The notes: a model not told the origin generated them from the letters alone. A stretch of DNA of 64,000 nt from a virus (IMGVR_UViG_2841729706_000003:41668-105667), one strand, 5' to 3'; numbered from the stretch's first letter, positions 45,403 through 54,963 are shown. Program-made: numbers and translations.

Positions 45403-47172
45403 CTAGAACGGGATGGAATCGTCCATCATTTCCGACATGCCAGGCGAGTAGTTGTCGTTGTCCGCTTCCGGCTCGTTGTCGTTGGCCGGACCGGTATGAT
45501 GCGCCGCAATGTTCGGATACTTGGCGTTCTTGCTATAATCTAGCTGGATTTCCGTGGTGGCTAACAGCTCATTCTGCCGATCGAGCCAGTCCATTACGGT
45601 GCGAGGAAATGGTCTTTTCCCTCCATGTTGTGACCACCACCGATCGGCCTTAGAAACGGGAAACTGCCTGCTCTTCGGCTCAGGATGTTCTAAGTGTTGA
45701 GGGCAAAGCCACTCGTTGAATATCTTGAGACCGACCATATAGGCCACCTTCACCGACGGCGGATTTACCGCAACCTTCGGCTCATGGAAGTAGAAGCTCC
45801 GCGAACGCACGGTGTGCCAAGGCTTCTCAGTAGACAGAACAGGGGCAACGTCTGCTGTCGCCGTGATTTTTTCCTCCTCGCTAGGCGGAAAGACATAGCC
45901 GCAGCAATGACAGGTCATAATCGAGATCGGGATGACTTCGCCACAACCCCAGTTGCCGTTCTCGTCCTGCTTCGCGTTCGGCGTTTCCTCCGACGGGCAG
46001 ACTTTTTTTGGCTGCTCGCCATCCCCCGAGCCAGGTGGCTTCGGTCTGATCTGGTCAATGGGTCCATGATAGGCAAGGTTCTTGCCGTGGTCAGCGATCA
46101 GGCAATCGTCCTTGCCATCGCAGTTTCGCGTGCCGCGGCCAAGGATTTGCACGAGCTTGCCCGGCGATTTCGTTGACAGAATTAGACTGATGAAGTCGAC
46201 GAACGGGAAGTTCGTCCCAGTCGTGAGCATGCCTACAGACACGATCGACCACAGTTTGCCGGCCTTGAAGTCCTCGAAAATGCGATCAGTTTCATGAGCG
46301 TTGTCGCTGGTAAGGGATTCGCAAGTCCGACCATGACTGCGTATTTCGTCTCGGATGCGTACCGCATTCTCTTTGCTGGTCGCATAAAATAGCGCGGCCC
46401 GCCGGCCCTCCGAAAGCACCATATCTTCTGCGACCGCATCGACGATGATGCGTTCCGCTGCCTCTGAAAGCTGGCCGGGTATATACTCCCCACCTCGCGT
46501 GCCGACGCCCTTGAGGTCAATTTTGGCGGTGGTCTTCTGGCTCGTGAGCCGTGTCAGATAACCCTTCTCGATGAGCTCAGTAAGGCCGATTTCGTACACG
46601 ACGTCGTCGAACATCTTCATGCGCAGCGGGTTGCCATCATCGTCAACCTCGCCGTCGCTATCCAGGTCGTCAGTCAGTCGGCCAGAATCCATGCGATAAT
46701 CGGTGGCTGTCGTGCCAGCAATGCGACTGTCAGGGTTGGCCGCCTTCACGGCACGAAAGAATTTTCCGTACTGCGTATTGGCATTGCGCGAGATGCCGTG
46801 AGCCTCGTCGATCAAGATTAGGTCTATGTCGCCAAGCTGGTCGACTTTGTTCCAGATGGACTGGATTCCGCCAAACAGCACCTGCGCGCGTGCGTCACGC
46901 CTGTTCAAGCCAGCCGAGTAAATGCCAGCCGGTGCGAACGGAGAGATCCCGATGAACTCTTTAAAGTTTTGAGCCACTAGCCGCGAGTCGTGCGTGACAT
47001 TGACGATGCGCATATCCGGATAGTCGGCCAGCAATTCCTCGATGATCTTGGCAATAACCAAGGCCTTGCCGGATCCGGTCGGGAGCACGATAAGGCCGTT
47101 TCCGCCGCCCTCGCGCCAGTAAGTGTAGAGCGCATCTATGGCGTCCCGCTGATAATAGCGCAGGTCAAGCAT
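45403..47172 (-). CDS. Superfamily 2 DNA helicase (DEAD/DEAH-type) with C-terminal zinc-finger region
   Basis: Walker A LPTGSGKA, DEAH-type LILIDEAHG, helicase C-domain motifs ...QILGRGTR..., and C-x2-C cluster CHCCG. Confidence 0.65.
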   Translation of the reverse strand: MLDLRYYQRDAIDALYTYWREGGGNGLIVLPTGSGKALVIAKIIEELLADYPDMRIVNVTHDSRLVAQNFKEFIGISPFAPAGIYSAGLNRRDARAQVLFGGIQSIWNKVDQLGDIDLILIDEAHGISRNANTQYGKFFRAVKAANPDSRIAGTTATDYRMDSGRLTDDLDSDGEVDDDGNPLRMKMFDDVVYEIGLTELIEKGYLTRLTSQKTTAKIDLKGVGTRGGEYIPGQLSEAAERIIVDAVAEDMVLSEGRRAALFYATSKENAVRIRDEIRSHGRTCESLTSDNAHETDRIFEDFKAGKLWSIVSVGMLTTGTNFPFVDFISLILSTKSPGKLVQILGRGTRNCDGKDDCLIADHGKNLAYHGPIDQIRPKPPGSGDGEQPKKVCPSEETPNAKQDENGNWGCGEVIPISIMTCHCCGYVFPPSEEEKITATADVAPVLSTEKPWHTVRSRSFYFHEPKVAVNPPSVKVAYMVGLKIFNEWLCPQHLEHPEPKSRQFPVSKADRWWSQHGGKRPFPRTVMDWLDRQNELLATTEIQLDYSKNAKYPNIAAHHTGPANDNEPEADNDNYSPGMSEMMDDSIPF

Positions 47173-47194
47173 TCACTTCTCCTCAGTGGTGGTA

Positions 47195-48154
47195 TTAGGC
47201 GGCTTTGGTGGAGCCGCCTTGGGTATTGTCATTCGCCGCGCCGTCGGTCCAAATGGTGCCGTTGCGCATGCGGTAGGTGATCACCTCGTTTTCCTCATCG
47301 ACGTCGATCTGCTCACCGTCGACAAGACCGGGTAGGAACAGATGTGCAGGGCAAGCAGCCTTTTGTTCATCGACCGACAAAGGCTTCGACCAGCGAGCGC
47401 ACGAAATATGACAATCGCCGCCACGCTCTGGCTGAACGTGCAAGCATGATCGACAAGTCACGCGCGGTTGCGCGCCCTCCTGGCACACTGCATGGTGTTT
47501 GCAGAACATTCCTCGAAAGTCGTCGGGCTTGGTGCAAATGCCTGTAGGTGGCTCGTCGCTGAAAACTATACGTTCGGCACGAGCCAGCTGGCGAAGGCAG
47601 AATTCTACATCGTATTCCAAGCGCTCCACGTACCGACTATCGTCGTTTTTGTTCGTTACGTAATAGAGGCAACGCGTAAGCCCGAACATGTGCATGCCGA
47701 TCTGGCATTGGGCGAAGTGCAAGGGCTTGGCCTTACGGCATCCGTCCTTGACGATGAGTTTGAAACCCTTGTCGTTTGAACTCTTGAACTCGCAGAGGTG
47801 TTCGGTCTTGGGGGCCTCGGGAATACCGAGAGCCTTGCCATCGCACTTGCCGCGGACGAATCCATGGACAAGGCGAATGCGATCCTGCTGGCCCCAAACC
47901 TCCACGCCGATACGCTCGAGGTCCGCGACCATGACCTCTTCCCATCTATCACCGGTTCGGAAGATTGATAGCTTTCGGCCGTCGATCTCCTCTGGTTTGC
48001 TGGCCCAGCGAAAGCCGTACCAAAGCGCACGATCGCACTCAGTGCCTATCTCCCCGACACTTATGCCGAGGCTATCATAATGCTTGTTGGCGGCTTCGTA
48101 GGCGCGGTAAATCGCGCCTACGGTGCTTGCTGTTGGTTTTGGGATGGGGGCCAT
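47195..48154 (-). CDS. PD-(D/E)xK nuclease, Cas4/RecB-like, with C-terminal Cys cluster (possible Fe-S)
   Basis: ...ECDRALWY..., ...HLCEFKSS..., and four spaced Cys CTKPDDFRGMFCKHHAVCQ...C; assignment by motif pattern only. Confidence 0.45.
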   Translation of the reverse strand: MAPIPKPTASTVGAIYRAYEAANKHYDSLGISVGEIGTECDRALWYGFRWASKPEEIDGRKLSIFRTGDRWEEVMVADLERIGVEVWGQQDRIRLVHGFVRGKCDGKALGIPEAPKTEHLCEFKSSNDKGFKLIVKDGCRKAKPLHFAQCQIGMHMFGLTRCLYYVTNKNDDSRYVERLEYDVEFCLRQLARAERIVFSDEPPTGICTKPDDFRGMFCKHHAVCQEGAQPRVTCRSCLHVQPERGGDCHISCARWSKPLSVDEQKAACPAHLFLPGLVDGEQIDVDEENEVITYRMRNGTIWTDGAANDNTQGGSTKAA

Positions 48155-48399
48155 TATGCGGCCTTCTGTGTCGCAGCGATCGCCTCATAAATCGCCCATG
48201 CCTCGCACTTGAAGTTGTCCAACTTCTTTGGAGTGCTCAAATCCAAACGACTGCGCAGCGCGTCATGAATGGCCGGCCAAAAATCCGCGCCGTCCCCTGA
48301 ATGCTGAGTCATCAGAATGGCGTAACAGAGTTTCAGCGACCGACTGTTCGCGCGCTTGGCCTTAACTTCCGTCCAAAAAATGCATTCGGAACCTGTCAT
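48154..48399 (-). CDS. Hypothetical protein
   Basis: From internal Met MTGSECIFW; start/stop overlap with flanking genes. Confidence 0.3.
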   Translation of the reverse strand: MTGSECIFWTEVKAKRANSRSLKLCYAILMTQHSGDGADFWPAIHDALRSRLDLSTPKKLDNFKCEAWAIYEAIAATQKAA

Positions 48400-48680
48400 T
48401 AAAACATCTCCTTCGTAAGCGGGCAGCGCGGAGGATTGGCCGGGTCTTCGACAAAGCAGCAGCAATCACGCCGGCCATCTTTGATCGTCCAGTGCAGCGT
48501 CGGGCCAGCAAAGGCATAATGGATAAGGACACACTCGCCTGGCGTGTCGTTCCCGAATTCATCCTCCCAGTCGCCTTCGCCGTTGCGGTCTAGGCAATGA
48601 GCGCAGACTTCAGCCTGAAAGGATGCGAGGTCGTGACGGCCTTTCGGCCGCCACAACATTGCTTCGGTGGTTTCGCCCAT
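48399..48680 (-). CDS. Hypothetical Cys-rich protein
   Basis: 93-aa ORF. Confidence 0.3.
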   Translation of the reverse strand: MGETTEAMLWRPKGRHDLASFQAEVCAHCLDRNGEGDWEDEFGNDTPGECVLIHYAFAGPTLHWTIKDGRRDCCCFVEDPANPPRCPLTKEMF

Positions 48681-48682
48681 GC

Positions 48683-49741
48683 CTACACCCGCATCGGCAT
48701 CAATACGGCAAGCAACGCGTCGTTGCCTTCCGCCGTGAACAGTGTCGGCGAACCGCCGTCGTTGAGCGCGATGCGGACAGTGGCGCCGGGAAGATTGGAG
48801 AGGAGTTCGCCGAGATAGGCCGCGTTGAAGCCGATTTCGATTGCATCGTCGTCGTAGACGGCAGGCACTTCTTCGGTTGCGCTGCCATGGTCGGCAGAAT
48901 TGACGGACAGGGTGACATTGCCGTCATCGATATTGAGGCGAACGGCACGCCCACGCTCAGTCGAGACGGTGGAGACGCGTTCCACAGCCTTTTGCAGCAC
49001 GTCCTTCTCGATGCTGACGAGTTTATCGTTTCCGGTCGGAATGACGCGCTGATAGTCTGGGAACGTTCCGTCGATAAGCTTCGACGTCAGAATAGCGTCG
49101 GGCGTTGTGACGCGCACCTTTCGTTCCGACAGGGCCAGCTTGACCTGGCCTTTTGGCAGCAGCGACACGAGCTTGCGAGGCAGGATGACATCAGGAATGT
49201 CATCGCTGTCCTGCCCGATGTGCCGAGCAAGGCGGTGTCCGTCGGTTGACACGGCAACAAGCTTGCCGTCAGCGGTATGCAGGAAAACGCCATTCAAGTA
49301 ATAGCGCGTCTCTTCTGTGCTGATCGCAAAGCTTACCGGAGCCACGAGCGCAGCCAGGTCAACGTCGAATTCAACGTCAAACTCGCCGGCATTAAGGTCC
49401 GGATAGTCGCTTGCGGGAAGCGTCTGGAGCGACCACTTCGCGTGGCCCGACTTGACGACAAGCGTGCCGTCAACGAGCTCGAGCGAAATGTCGCCACCCG
49501 CCTTCTTGACGATGCTGTCGAGCAACTTGGCATCAACCGTCGTGGTGCCAGGAACGGCATCAAGCACGGCAATGGAAGCCGACGCTTCAATGTCGAGGTC
49601 GGTGGCTTTAACAGTGAGCTTGCCATCTTCGACAGACAGCAAGACGTTTGACAGAATCGGGATAGTCGTTCGGGATTCGGGGATCTTCACAACGGCCGAA
49701 AGGACGCGCGAAAGATCGGCCTTGGAAAGGCTGATACGCAT
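48683..49741 (-). CDS. DNA polymerase III beta sliding-clamp homolog (phage-encoded)
   Basis: 352 aa; MRISLSKADLSRVLSAVVKIPESRTTIPILSNVLLSVEDGKLTVKATDLDIEA... matches DnaN N-terminal organisation; preceded by CCACACCACATGAGGAG. Confidence 0.6.
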   Translation of the reverse strand: MRISLSKADLSRVLSAVVKIPESRTTIPILSNVLLSVEDGKLTVKATDLDIEASASIAVLDAVPGTTTVDAKLLDSIVKKAGGDISLELVDGTLVVKSGHAKWSLQTLPASDYPDLNAGEFDVEFDVDLAALVAPVSFAISTEETRYYLNGVFLHTADGKLVAVSTDGHRLARHIGQDSDDIPDVILPRKLVSLLPKGQVKLALSERKVRVTTPDAILTSKLIDGTFPDYQRVIPTGNDKLVSIEKDVLQKAVERVSTVSTERGRAVRLNIDDGNVTLSVNSADHGSATEEVPAVYDDDAIEIGFNAAYLGELLSNLPGATVRIALNDGGSPTLFTAEGNDALLAVLMPMRV

Positions 49742-49796
49742 GGTGTCTCCTCATGTGGTGTGGTGCCTGCCGTTGGTTGCGGCAGGCAGGTTGGGG

Positions 49797-50405
49797 TTAG
49801 GCCTTAGCGCCCGCTGCAAGTTTGCGGTCTGCGTCGCTGAAGGAAGCCACGGCACCCCCAGACGCATAGGCCATAGACCGTGTGGCGAGTACGTTCATCG
49901 CGGCACCGTAGTTGCCGCCCTTCATGACGATAGTTGAGCCGAACGCGTTCCCAAGGCCGGCTCCTTGGGCGAAGGCGTCGAAGTCGGCGCCAATGAACAC
50001 CACGTCGAATTGCTTGGCGCGCAATTCGTCCAACATAGACTTCGCCGCATCCTTCTTAAATTCGCGACTGCCGTTTTCTGCGCCATCGGTGATGACGACG
50101 ATCGTCGCCTTCTTCGGTGAGTCTTGCCGAACTGTCGAAACTAGCTTGCCGATAGCGTCGTATAGAGGCGTCATGCCTCGAGGCCGGATTTCGTCTTCGC
50201 TGATCGGCTTCCAATCGCTTGCCTTTACGCCGCTGCGCAAGACAAGAAACGGATCTTGGTTGTCAAACGCGGCAACGGTAACTTCCGTCTTCTTTGTCGC
50301 CTTCTCACCTGCCAAACCGGCAACATAAGCATTCAAGGCGCCAATGGTCTCGGCCCACCGGGTTTGCATAGAGCCGGAACGGTCCAGCAGAATATAAGCC
50401 TTCAT
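49797..50405 (-). CDS. von Willebrand factor type A (VWA) domain protein
   Basis: MIDAS motif ILLDRSGSM, downstream Thr and Asp-Gly motif positions VVITDGAENG; start at Met MKAYILL after GGAGAG SD. Confidence 0.5.
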   Translation of the reverse strand: MKAYILLDRSGSMQTRWAETIGALNAYVAGLAGEKATKKTEVTVAAFDNQDPFLVLRSGVKASDWKPISEDEIRPRGMTPLYDAIGKLVSTVRQDSPKKATIVVITDGAENGSREFKKDAAKSMLDELRAKQFDVVFIGADFDAFAQGAGLGNAFGSTIVMKGGNYGAAMNVLATRSMAYASGGAVASFSDADRKLAAGAKA

Positions 50406-50459
50406 TTTTGCTCTCCTGATGTGGTTGGCGCGGGCTGGTGAGACCCGCGCCATGTTTAG

Positions 50460-51086
50460 TTAGGCAGCTTTACTGCCCCAAGGGCGATTTGGCTTGCCGG
50501 CCGAAGATGCTGCTGCGCCGCCGTTGTTCGTCGAGCGAGCCGTGGACGGATTTGCCGACTGGCGGTTGTCATTGGCGGGGGCAGCCGTCGGCTGGACTGC
50601 GTCGATTGCGGGCTCGGGGATGTTGCTGCCGTGACCGCCAGGGCCGTCGTCAGGGAAGTAGTAGACCTTTGGTTCGACACGCGCGGGATACATCGGCGTA
50701 CCGTCAGCATTGAGCTTTTTAGAGGGTTTGCCCATACCGAGCTTCACGGTGAAGGTTCGGAAATGCAACTCCTCGCTTTCGTCGATTTCCTCAACGCCAA
50801 TCGACCTACGGAGCCGAGCAAATTCCTCCTGCCCAATGCGCTGCGCTTCGGAGTTTTTGTTTTCCAGATTGACGAAGCCGAAATACTTTCGACCCTTCAC
50901 TTCTTCCGGCGCGAGAACGACGGCAGTGTACTTCAGGCCAACGCCCGTTCTTGCGTTTTCAGGGCCGGTCTCGACGACGTCCGACGCTTCGATTTCCAAC
51001 TGATAGATACCCGTCGGCAGGTCTTCGTAATCACGCTGTTCTGTGCTGACGTCGCCAGCCGTGTACTTCTTGCCCAAAGAGGCCAT
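50460..51086 (-). CDS. DUF669-like phage protein (possible ssDNA-binding partner of the AAA_24 ATPase)
   Basis: Context (between AAA_24 ATPase and helicase region) and size; sequence family assignment is tentative. Confidence 0.35.
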   Translation of the reverse strand: MASLGKKYTAGDVSTEQRDYEDLPTGIYQLEIEASDVVETGPENARTGVGLKYTAVVLAPEEVKGRKYFGFVNLENKNSEAQRIGQEEFARLRRSIGVEEIDESEELHFRTFTVKLGMGKPSKKLNADGTPMYPARVEPKVYYFPDDGPGGHGSNIPEPAIDAVQPTAAPANDNRQSANPSTARSTNNGGAAASSAGKPNRPWGSKAA

Positions 51087-51136
51087 TCATATTCTCCTAG
51101 TGTGGTGATGTTTGCGCTTGGTGGGCGCGGGGTGGT

Positions 51137-51520
51137 CTAAAGGAGTCTGCCCTTGCTTTGCGCAAACTCGATCGGGTCTTTTGCCGCTTTATGCAGATTG
51201 CAGGGCGGGCAAAGAATTTGGAGGTTCCAGGGCCAGTTCGTGCCGCCCCTAGAAAGAGGAACTATGTGGTCAACGTGCCGAAATCCCTTTCGCCTTATTG
51301 ATGTGCCGCACTCTGCACATTTGAACTTCTGACGGGCGATGATGACTGAGATGTCTTTTTCGGTGTGCGTCCCACCCGCGCCCTTCTTCGCCGCTCGCCT
51401 GTTTCGGTCGTAGACCAGCCTTAGCTCGCGGGCGCGATCTGGGTTTTCTTCCTTCCAACGCTTAGCCCTTGCAACGTTGTTGGAGGAAACATCAGGCTTG
51501 GCATTTGACTTCTTTGCCAA
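51137..51520 (-). CDS. HNH endonuclease
   Basis: CAECG...HVDHIVPLSRGGTNWPWNLQILCPPCN HNH motif. Confidence 0.55.
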   Translation of the reverse strand: MAKKSNAKPDVSSNNVARAKRWKEENPDRARELRLVYDRNRRAAKKGAGGTHTEKDISVIIARQKFKCAECGTSIRRKGFRHVDHIVPLSRGGTNWPWNLQILCPPCNLHKAAKDPIEFAQSKGRLL

Positions 51521-51771
51521 TTCCTTTTTTCGATCGGGGTTTCGCTCGGCCCAAGCCCGAACACTGACAAGTCGGCTTTCATCCTCCTTCTCTGGATTGT
51601 CAGTGCGCCACCTGATGCGATGTTCATACTGGCAACCGGCGCATTGGCCCGTGCTTACGTAGCGTCTTGCGACGTGGCCGCGCTTGCATGGGACTCCGGT
51701 AAAGAAGTGCTTTGCGCCGTTAGCTAGCGCGGCATCTTTGCTTCGCGGCAGGTTGTCGTTGTCGTGGCCCG

Positions 51772-52584
51772 CTATGCCTCCGCCTCCTGCTCTTCCGGCA
51801 CAGCCTCACGCCCAAATGGTGCGACGATGTGTGGCTCGAAAATCGCGTAGCCCTGACCGGCTTTGTAGGTCAGCGCTCCGGTAAGCTTGTGGCGGTTCTT
51901 CGCAATGAAGCCAGGTCGCTCTTCGACGGCGATAAGGCGCTCTCCGCTACCCTCGCCGCGCTTCTTCACATTATCCTTGTGGAACCCTCCTGCTTCTTTC
52001 TGGATGGAAACACGCTGATGAATGAACCCGACGATGTCGGCTGCGTGTGTGAGAGAGTTGGCGTCATCCTGCATGCGCAGATTCAGGCGATAGCGCGGGA
52101 TGCTGTCGGTAATGACGCCGGGGTCTGTCTTGGCAACGATATGGGCGATAAGAATCACCGCAAATCCGGAAGCCTTGAGTTCCGTGAACTTTCGAAGAAT
52201 TTCACGCCAGACCTCGGCGGTTGCATCCTTCGGCTCGCGGAACTTGCCGTCGCTGATGTCTTTCCATCCACGACGCGCGCAAGCTTCGTCGATGACGATC
52301 TGCTCGAGGCTATCGAGCGTATCGACCACGAAGGTTAGGCGATCATGTTCGGCTTCCAGCATCCAATCGCACTGGTCGACGAACTCCTGATAGGTTTCTG
52401 TCAGGCCAAAGGAAAGCATATCGACGCCGACGGGAGGCCGTTCATTCGCCCCGGTCTGGACGTAAAACGGATTTGGCCAGTCGCCGGCAAACGAGGTTTT
52501 CCCCATGCCCTCGCCACCATAGATGATGACGATCGGTGGAAACGGATCTTCAACCCGTCGCAGTTGGTCGAATGAAATTGCCAA
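51772..52584 (-). CDS. AAA_24-family RecA-like ATPase (Sak4-like)
   Basis: Walker A YGGEGMGKTSFA, Walker B FVVDTLDSLE; TTG start after CACCACACTGAGGAG. Confidence 0.55.
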   Translation of the reverse strand: MAISFDQLRRVEDPFPPIVIIYGGEGMGKTSFAGDWPNPFYVQTGANERPPVGVDMLSFGLTETYQEFVDQCDWMLEAEHDRLTFVVDTLDSLEQIVIDEACARRGWKDISDGKFREPKDATAEVWREILRKFTELKASGFAVILIAHIVAKTDPGVITDSIPRYRLNLRMQDDANSLTHAADIVGFIHQRVSIQKEAGGFHKDNVKKRGEGSGERLIAVEERPGFIAKNRHKLTGALTYKAGQGYAIFEPHIVAPFGREAVPEEQEAEA

Positions 52585-52637
52585 GTTTTGAAACTCCTCA
52601 GTGTGGTGGGTTGAGCTAGTTGGTGGCTAGATGGTCG

Positions 52638-53495
52638 TTAGTGCTGAAGATTGAGCATCGGCACGCTACCGTTAGGCAGCATGGTCTGCGGCAGCCTGCC
52701 GTCCCAACGCTCAGCTTGTGTCAGGGCCACAAGGCCTGGATTGTCGCGTAGGGCGTCGCCGCGGGCCTTGATCGCAAGAGCCTCTGCGTCACCGCGTAGG
52801 CGGATGGCTTCTGCCTCGGCTTCGGCGGATGCACGCACCGCGTCTGCCTGTGCCCTTGCCTGCGTCACTACGATTTCCGCCTGCACCTTCTCGCGTTCAG
52901 CGTTCTGGCGGAGCTTCTGGACCTCGACCTCGGCAAGCATTCTCTGCTCAATACTGGCTTCGTATGCGTCGGAGAAGTCGATGTTCTCGATCTGCACGGA
53001 CTCGATGACTACTGGCCCGCGAACCGACTTCTGAATAGCTTCGGCAACCTCAAGATTGAGCCGTGCCCGCTCTTGGATGGCTGTAACCGCGTTGAAGCGG
53101 CCGAAAACCGTCTTCAGGTCTTCGTGTAGCCGTCGATCGACAAGTCGAGAAAGCATGCCGTCTTCGCCCCCGTAGGTGGCGTACACGTCCGTTACGGCAT
53201 CGCTTGGAATGCGGTAGCTGACCGAAACGGCAACAACGGCGGACTGCTGATCCTTGGAATAAGCCGGCACGCCTTCATAAATACGAGCCTTAGACTGGAC
53301 CGAAATCTTGACGACCTCGTCGACCCATGGTGCCTTGAAACCAAGTCCTGGCTGTGCGGTGCCGGTGAGTGCGCCGTTACGAAGAATGACGCCTCGCTCT
53401 CCCTGATCAATGGTGTACCACGACCCGAATACGACCGTGATTGCAACGAAGAACAGAAAGACTCCGCCCAAAATAGCGATGATACGTCCAATCAT
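52638..53495 (-). CDS. SPFH/band-7 (HflC/prohibitin-like) membrane protein
   Basis: N-terminal transmembrane helix IIAILGGVFLFFVAITVVFG then band-7 domain ...GERGVILRNGAL...ISVQSKARIYE... and C-terminal Ala/Glu-rich coiled coil. Confidence 0.6.
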   Translation of the reverse strand: MIGRIIAILGGVFLFFVAITVVFGSWYTIDQGERGVILRNGALTGTAQPGLGFKAPWVDEVVKISVQSKARIYEGVPAYSKDQQSAVVAVSVSYRIPSDAVTDVYATYGGEDGMLSRLVDRRLHEDLKTVFGRFNAVTAIQERARLNLEVAEAIQKSVRGPVVIESVQIENIDFSDAYEASIEQRMLAEVEVQKLRQNAEREKVQAEIVVTQARAQADAVRASAEAEAEAIRLRGDAEALAIKARGDALRDNPGLVALTQAERWDGRLPQTMLPNGSVPMLNLQH

Positions 53496-53698
53496 TATTT
53501 TCTCCTCTTGGTGGTGGTTTTTGCTGGTGCGAAGTAGGTGACAACGCCCAGTGCTACAAAGGCGGCGACAACGCTGCCGCCGATGAGTGCAAGAATGCCC
53601 ATGGCTCTATCCTTGAATGAGCAAGTGCAGCCCGTAGGCCATGGTCATGGCAGCCAGCATTGCCAGGCATGGCCACCATGAGAACGGGTCGGGCGCGG

Positions 53699-53941
53699 TC
53701 ATTTGGCTGACCGTGCGGCAAGCATGGCGTCGGCGACGGTATAGGCGCACTTTGCCCATGCGTTGATGCGTGCCGTGTCGTCAGGGAGGTGATCCCAAGA
53801 ACGCGCCGGTACAACGGCAATAACCTGACCCGCAAAGTAGTCGCGGAGAGACATGCCGGCGTCTGGATACAGCCCGCTATCCACGCCGCCCTCACACGGA
53901 AAAGCGGAGCCGCCGTGGTCTACGTCGTTTCTACTCATCAA
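53699..53941 (-). CDS. Hypothetical protein
   Basis: 80-aa ORF; followed downstream by two unlisted micro-ORFs (about 31 and 35 aa, hydrophobic) before the SPFH gene. Confidence 0.3.
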   Translation of the reverse strand: MMSRNDVDHGGSAFPCEGGVDSGLYPDAGMSLRDYFAGQVIAVVPARSWDHLPDDTARINAWAKCAYTVADAMLAARSAK

Positions 53942-54123
53942 AGCACCGCCTGCAGAAACGCGCCGACGGCGTAACAGCCGGCAAGGAATACGCCTGCCCC
54001 GATGAGCGTTAGGACGACCGCCATTGTTTTTGCCGCCGCAGGAGCCTCGTTGTCGTCGTCCGGAGCGTAGTCGAGCGGGAAGCTGGAGAGGATGGATGTG
54101 AGTCCGCTGACGAAGTGGTTCAT
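53938..54123 (-). CDS. Small membrane protein (about 61 aa)
   Basis: From internal Met MNHFVSGLTSIL...MAVVLTLIGAGVFLAGCYAVGAFLQAVL. Confidence 0.3.
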   Translation of the reverse strand: MNHFVSGLTSILSSFPLDYAPDDDNEAPAAAKTMAVVLTLIGAGVFLAGCYAVGAFLQAVL

Positions 54124-54371
54124 AGTGTGGCCTCTAGTTCGTCGATCCGCTTGCGGGCCTCCTCGATCGTCATGCGGTTCTTGTGGGCTGCAGCGGTCCC
54201 CGCCACAGCCAGGAAGAACACGATTGCGCCAACCCACTGCATGGCCGTGCTGGCGAGCAACACGCCAACTCCGATGATGCTGACCGCCATTAGGAACGTG
54301 GTGGCGTCGCGAACGAACGAGTGCCAAACCGATTCGTGAATGACGAGGATTTCAGGTTTGGGTTTGTTCAT
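54120..54371 (-). CDS. Small membrane protein
   Basis: MAVSIIGVGVLLASTAMQWVGAIVFFLAVAGTAAA hydrophobic helices. Confidence 0.35.
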   Translation of the reverse strand: MNKPKPEILVIHESVWHSFVRDATTFLMAVSIIGVGVLLASTAMQWVGAIVFFLAVAGTAAAHKNRMTIEEARKRIDELEATL

Positions 54372-54709
54372 GCCGCGACCTTCATCGTTGCCTGGAAACC
54401 CGTCATGGGACGCGGTGTGGCCTCGTGGCCAGCACGTCGACGCGCAGCTGAGTGCATGAACTGTGGCGCTCGTGCCTCCGACACCTTGGCCATGGCGGTG
54501 GCGTATGCGTCCCGCTTGCGCTGGCCTCGAGTTTTGCCCTGAGCGTCAACCTTGGGAGAAAGAGGCGGCACGCGAAAACCGGCCGTTCCGGTCATCGTGC
54601 CCATTGCGGTAAGCCGGCGCTGCTGAGACGCGTAATCGGCCGATGGAATGCCAAGTCGAGTATCGTTAGCAGCTTCGCGCTGCAGGATTTTGGAAAGAGC
54701 GTTCATCAA
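54368..54709 (-). CDS. Hypothetical basic protein
   Basis: 113-aa ORF, overlap-coupled. Confidence 0.3.
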   Translation of the reverse strand: MMNALSKILQREAANDTRLGIPSADYASQQRRLTAMGTMTGTAGFRVPPLSPKVDAQGKTRGQRKRDAYATAMAKVSEARAPQFMHSAARRRAGHEATPRPMTGFQATMKVAA

Positions 54710-54900
54710 TTCCCCCTCCCCGCACGAGGCGCCGAATGAAACGAGACGGGCGAGGACGAGTGATACGTGCCGTCGTCGCCCTTTCGGGCGGTCGAACGCG
54801 CAAGAGCCTTCTGGCCTGCCGTGCGGTACGGCTTGCGGTTCTGCATGTTCACCTTCCCCGTTCGGGTGAACTGCGTGGCGTATGGATGGTTGTTGGACAT
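54706..54900 (-). CDS. Hypothetical basic protein
   Basis: 64-aa ORF preceded by CACACCACC, a GC hairpin and GAGGAG. Confidence 0.3.
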   Translation of the reverse strand: MSNNHPYATQFTRTGKVNMQNRKPYRTAGQKALARSTARKGDDGTYHSSSPVSFHSAPRAGRGN

Positions 54901-54963
54901 AGCTTCTCCTCTGTCCGCCTGCCGTTGCCGGGCAGGCGGGGGTGGTGTGATGGTTGGTGTTGG

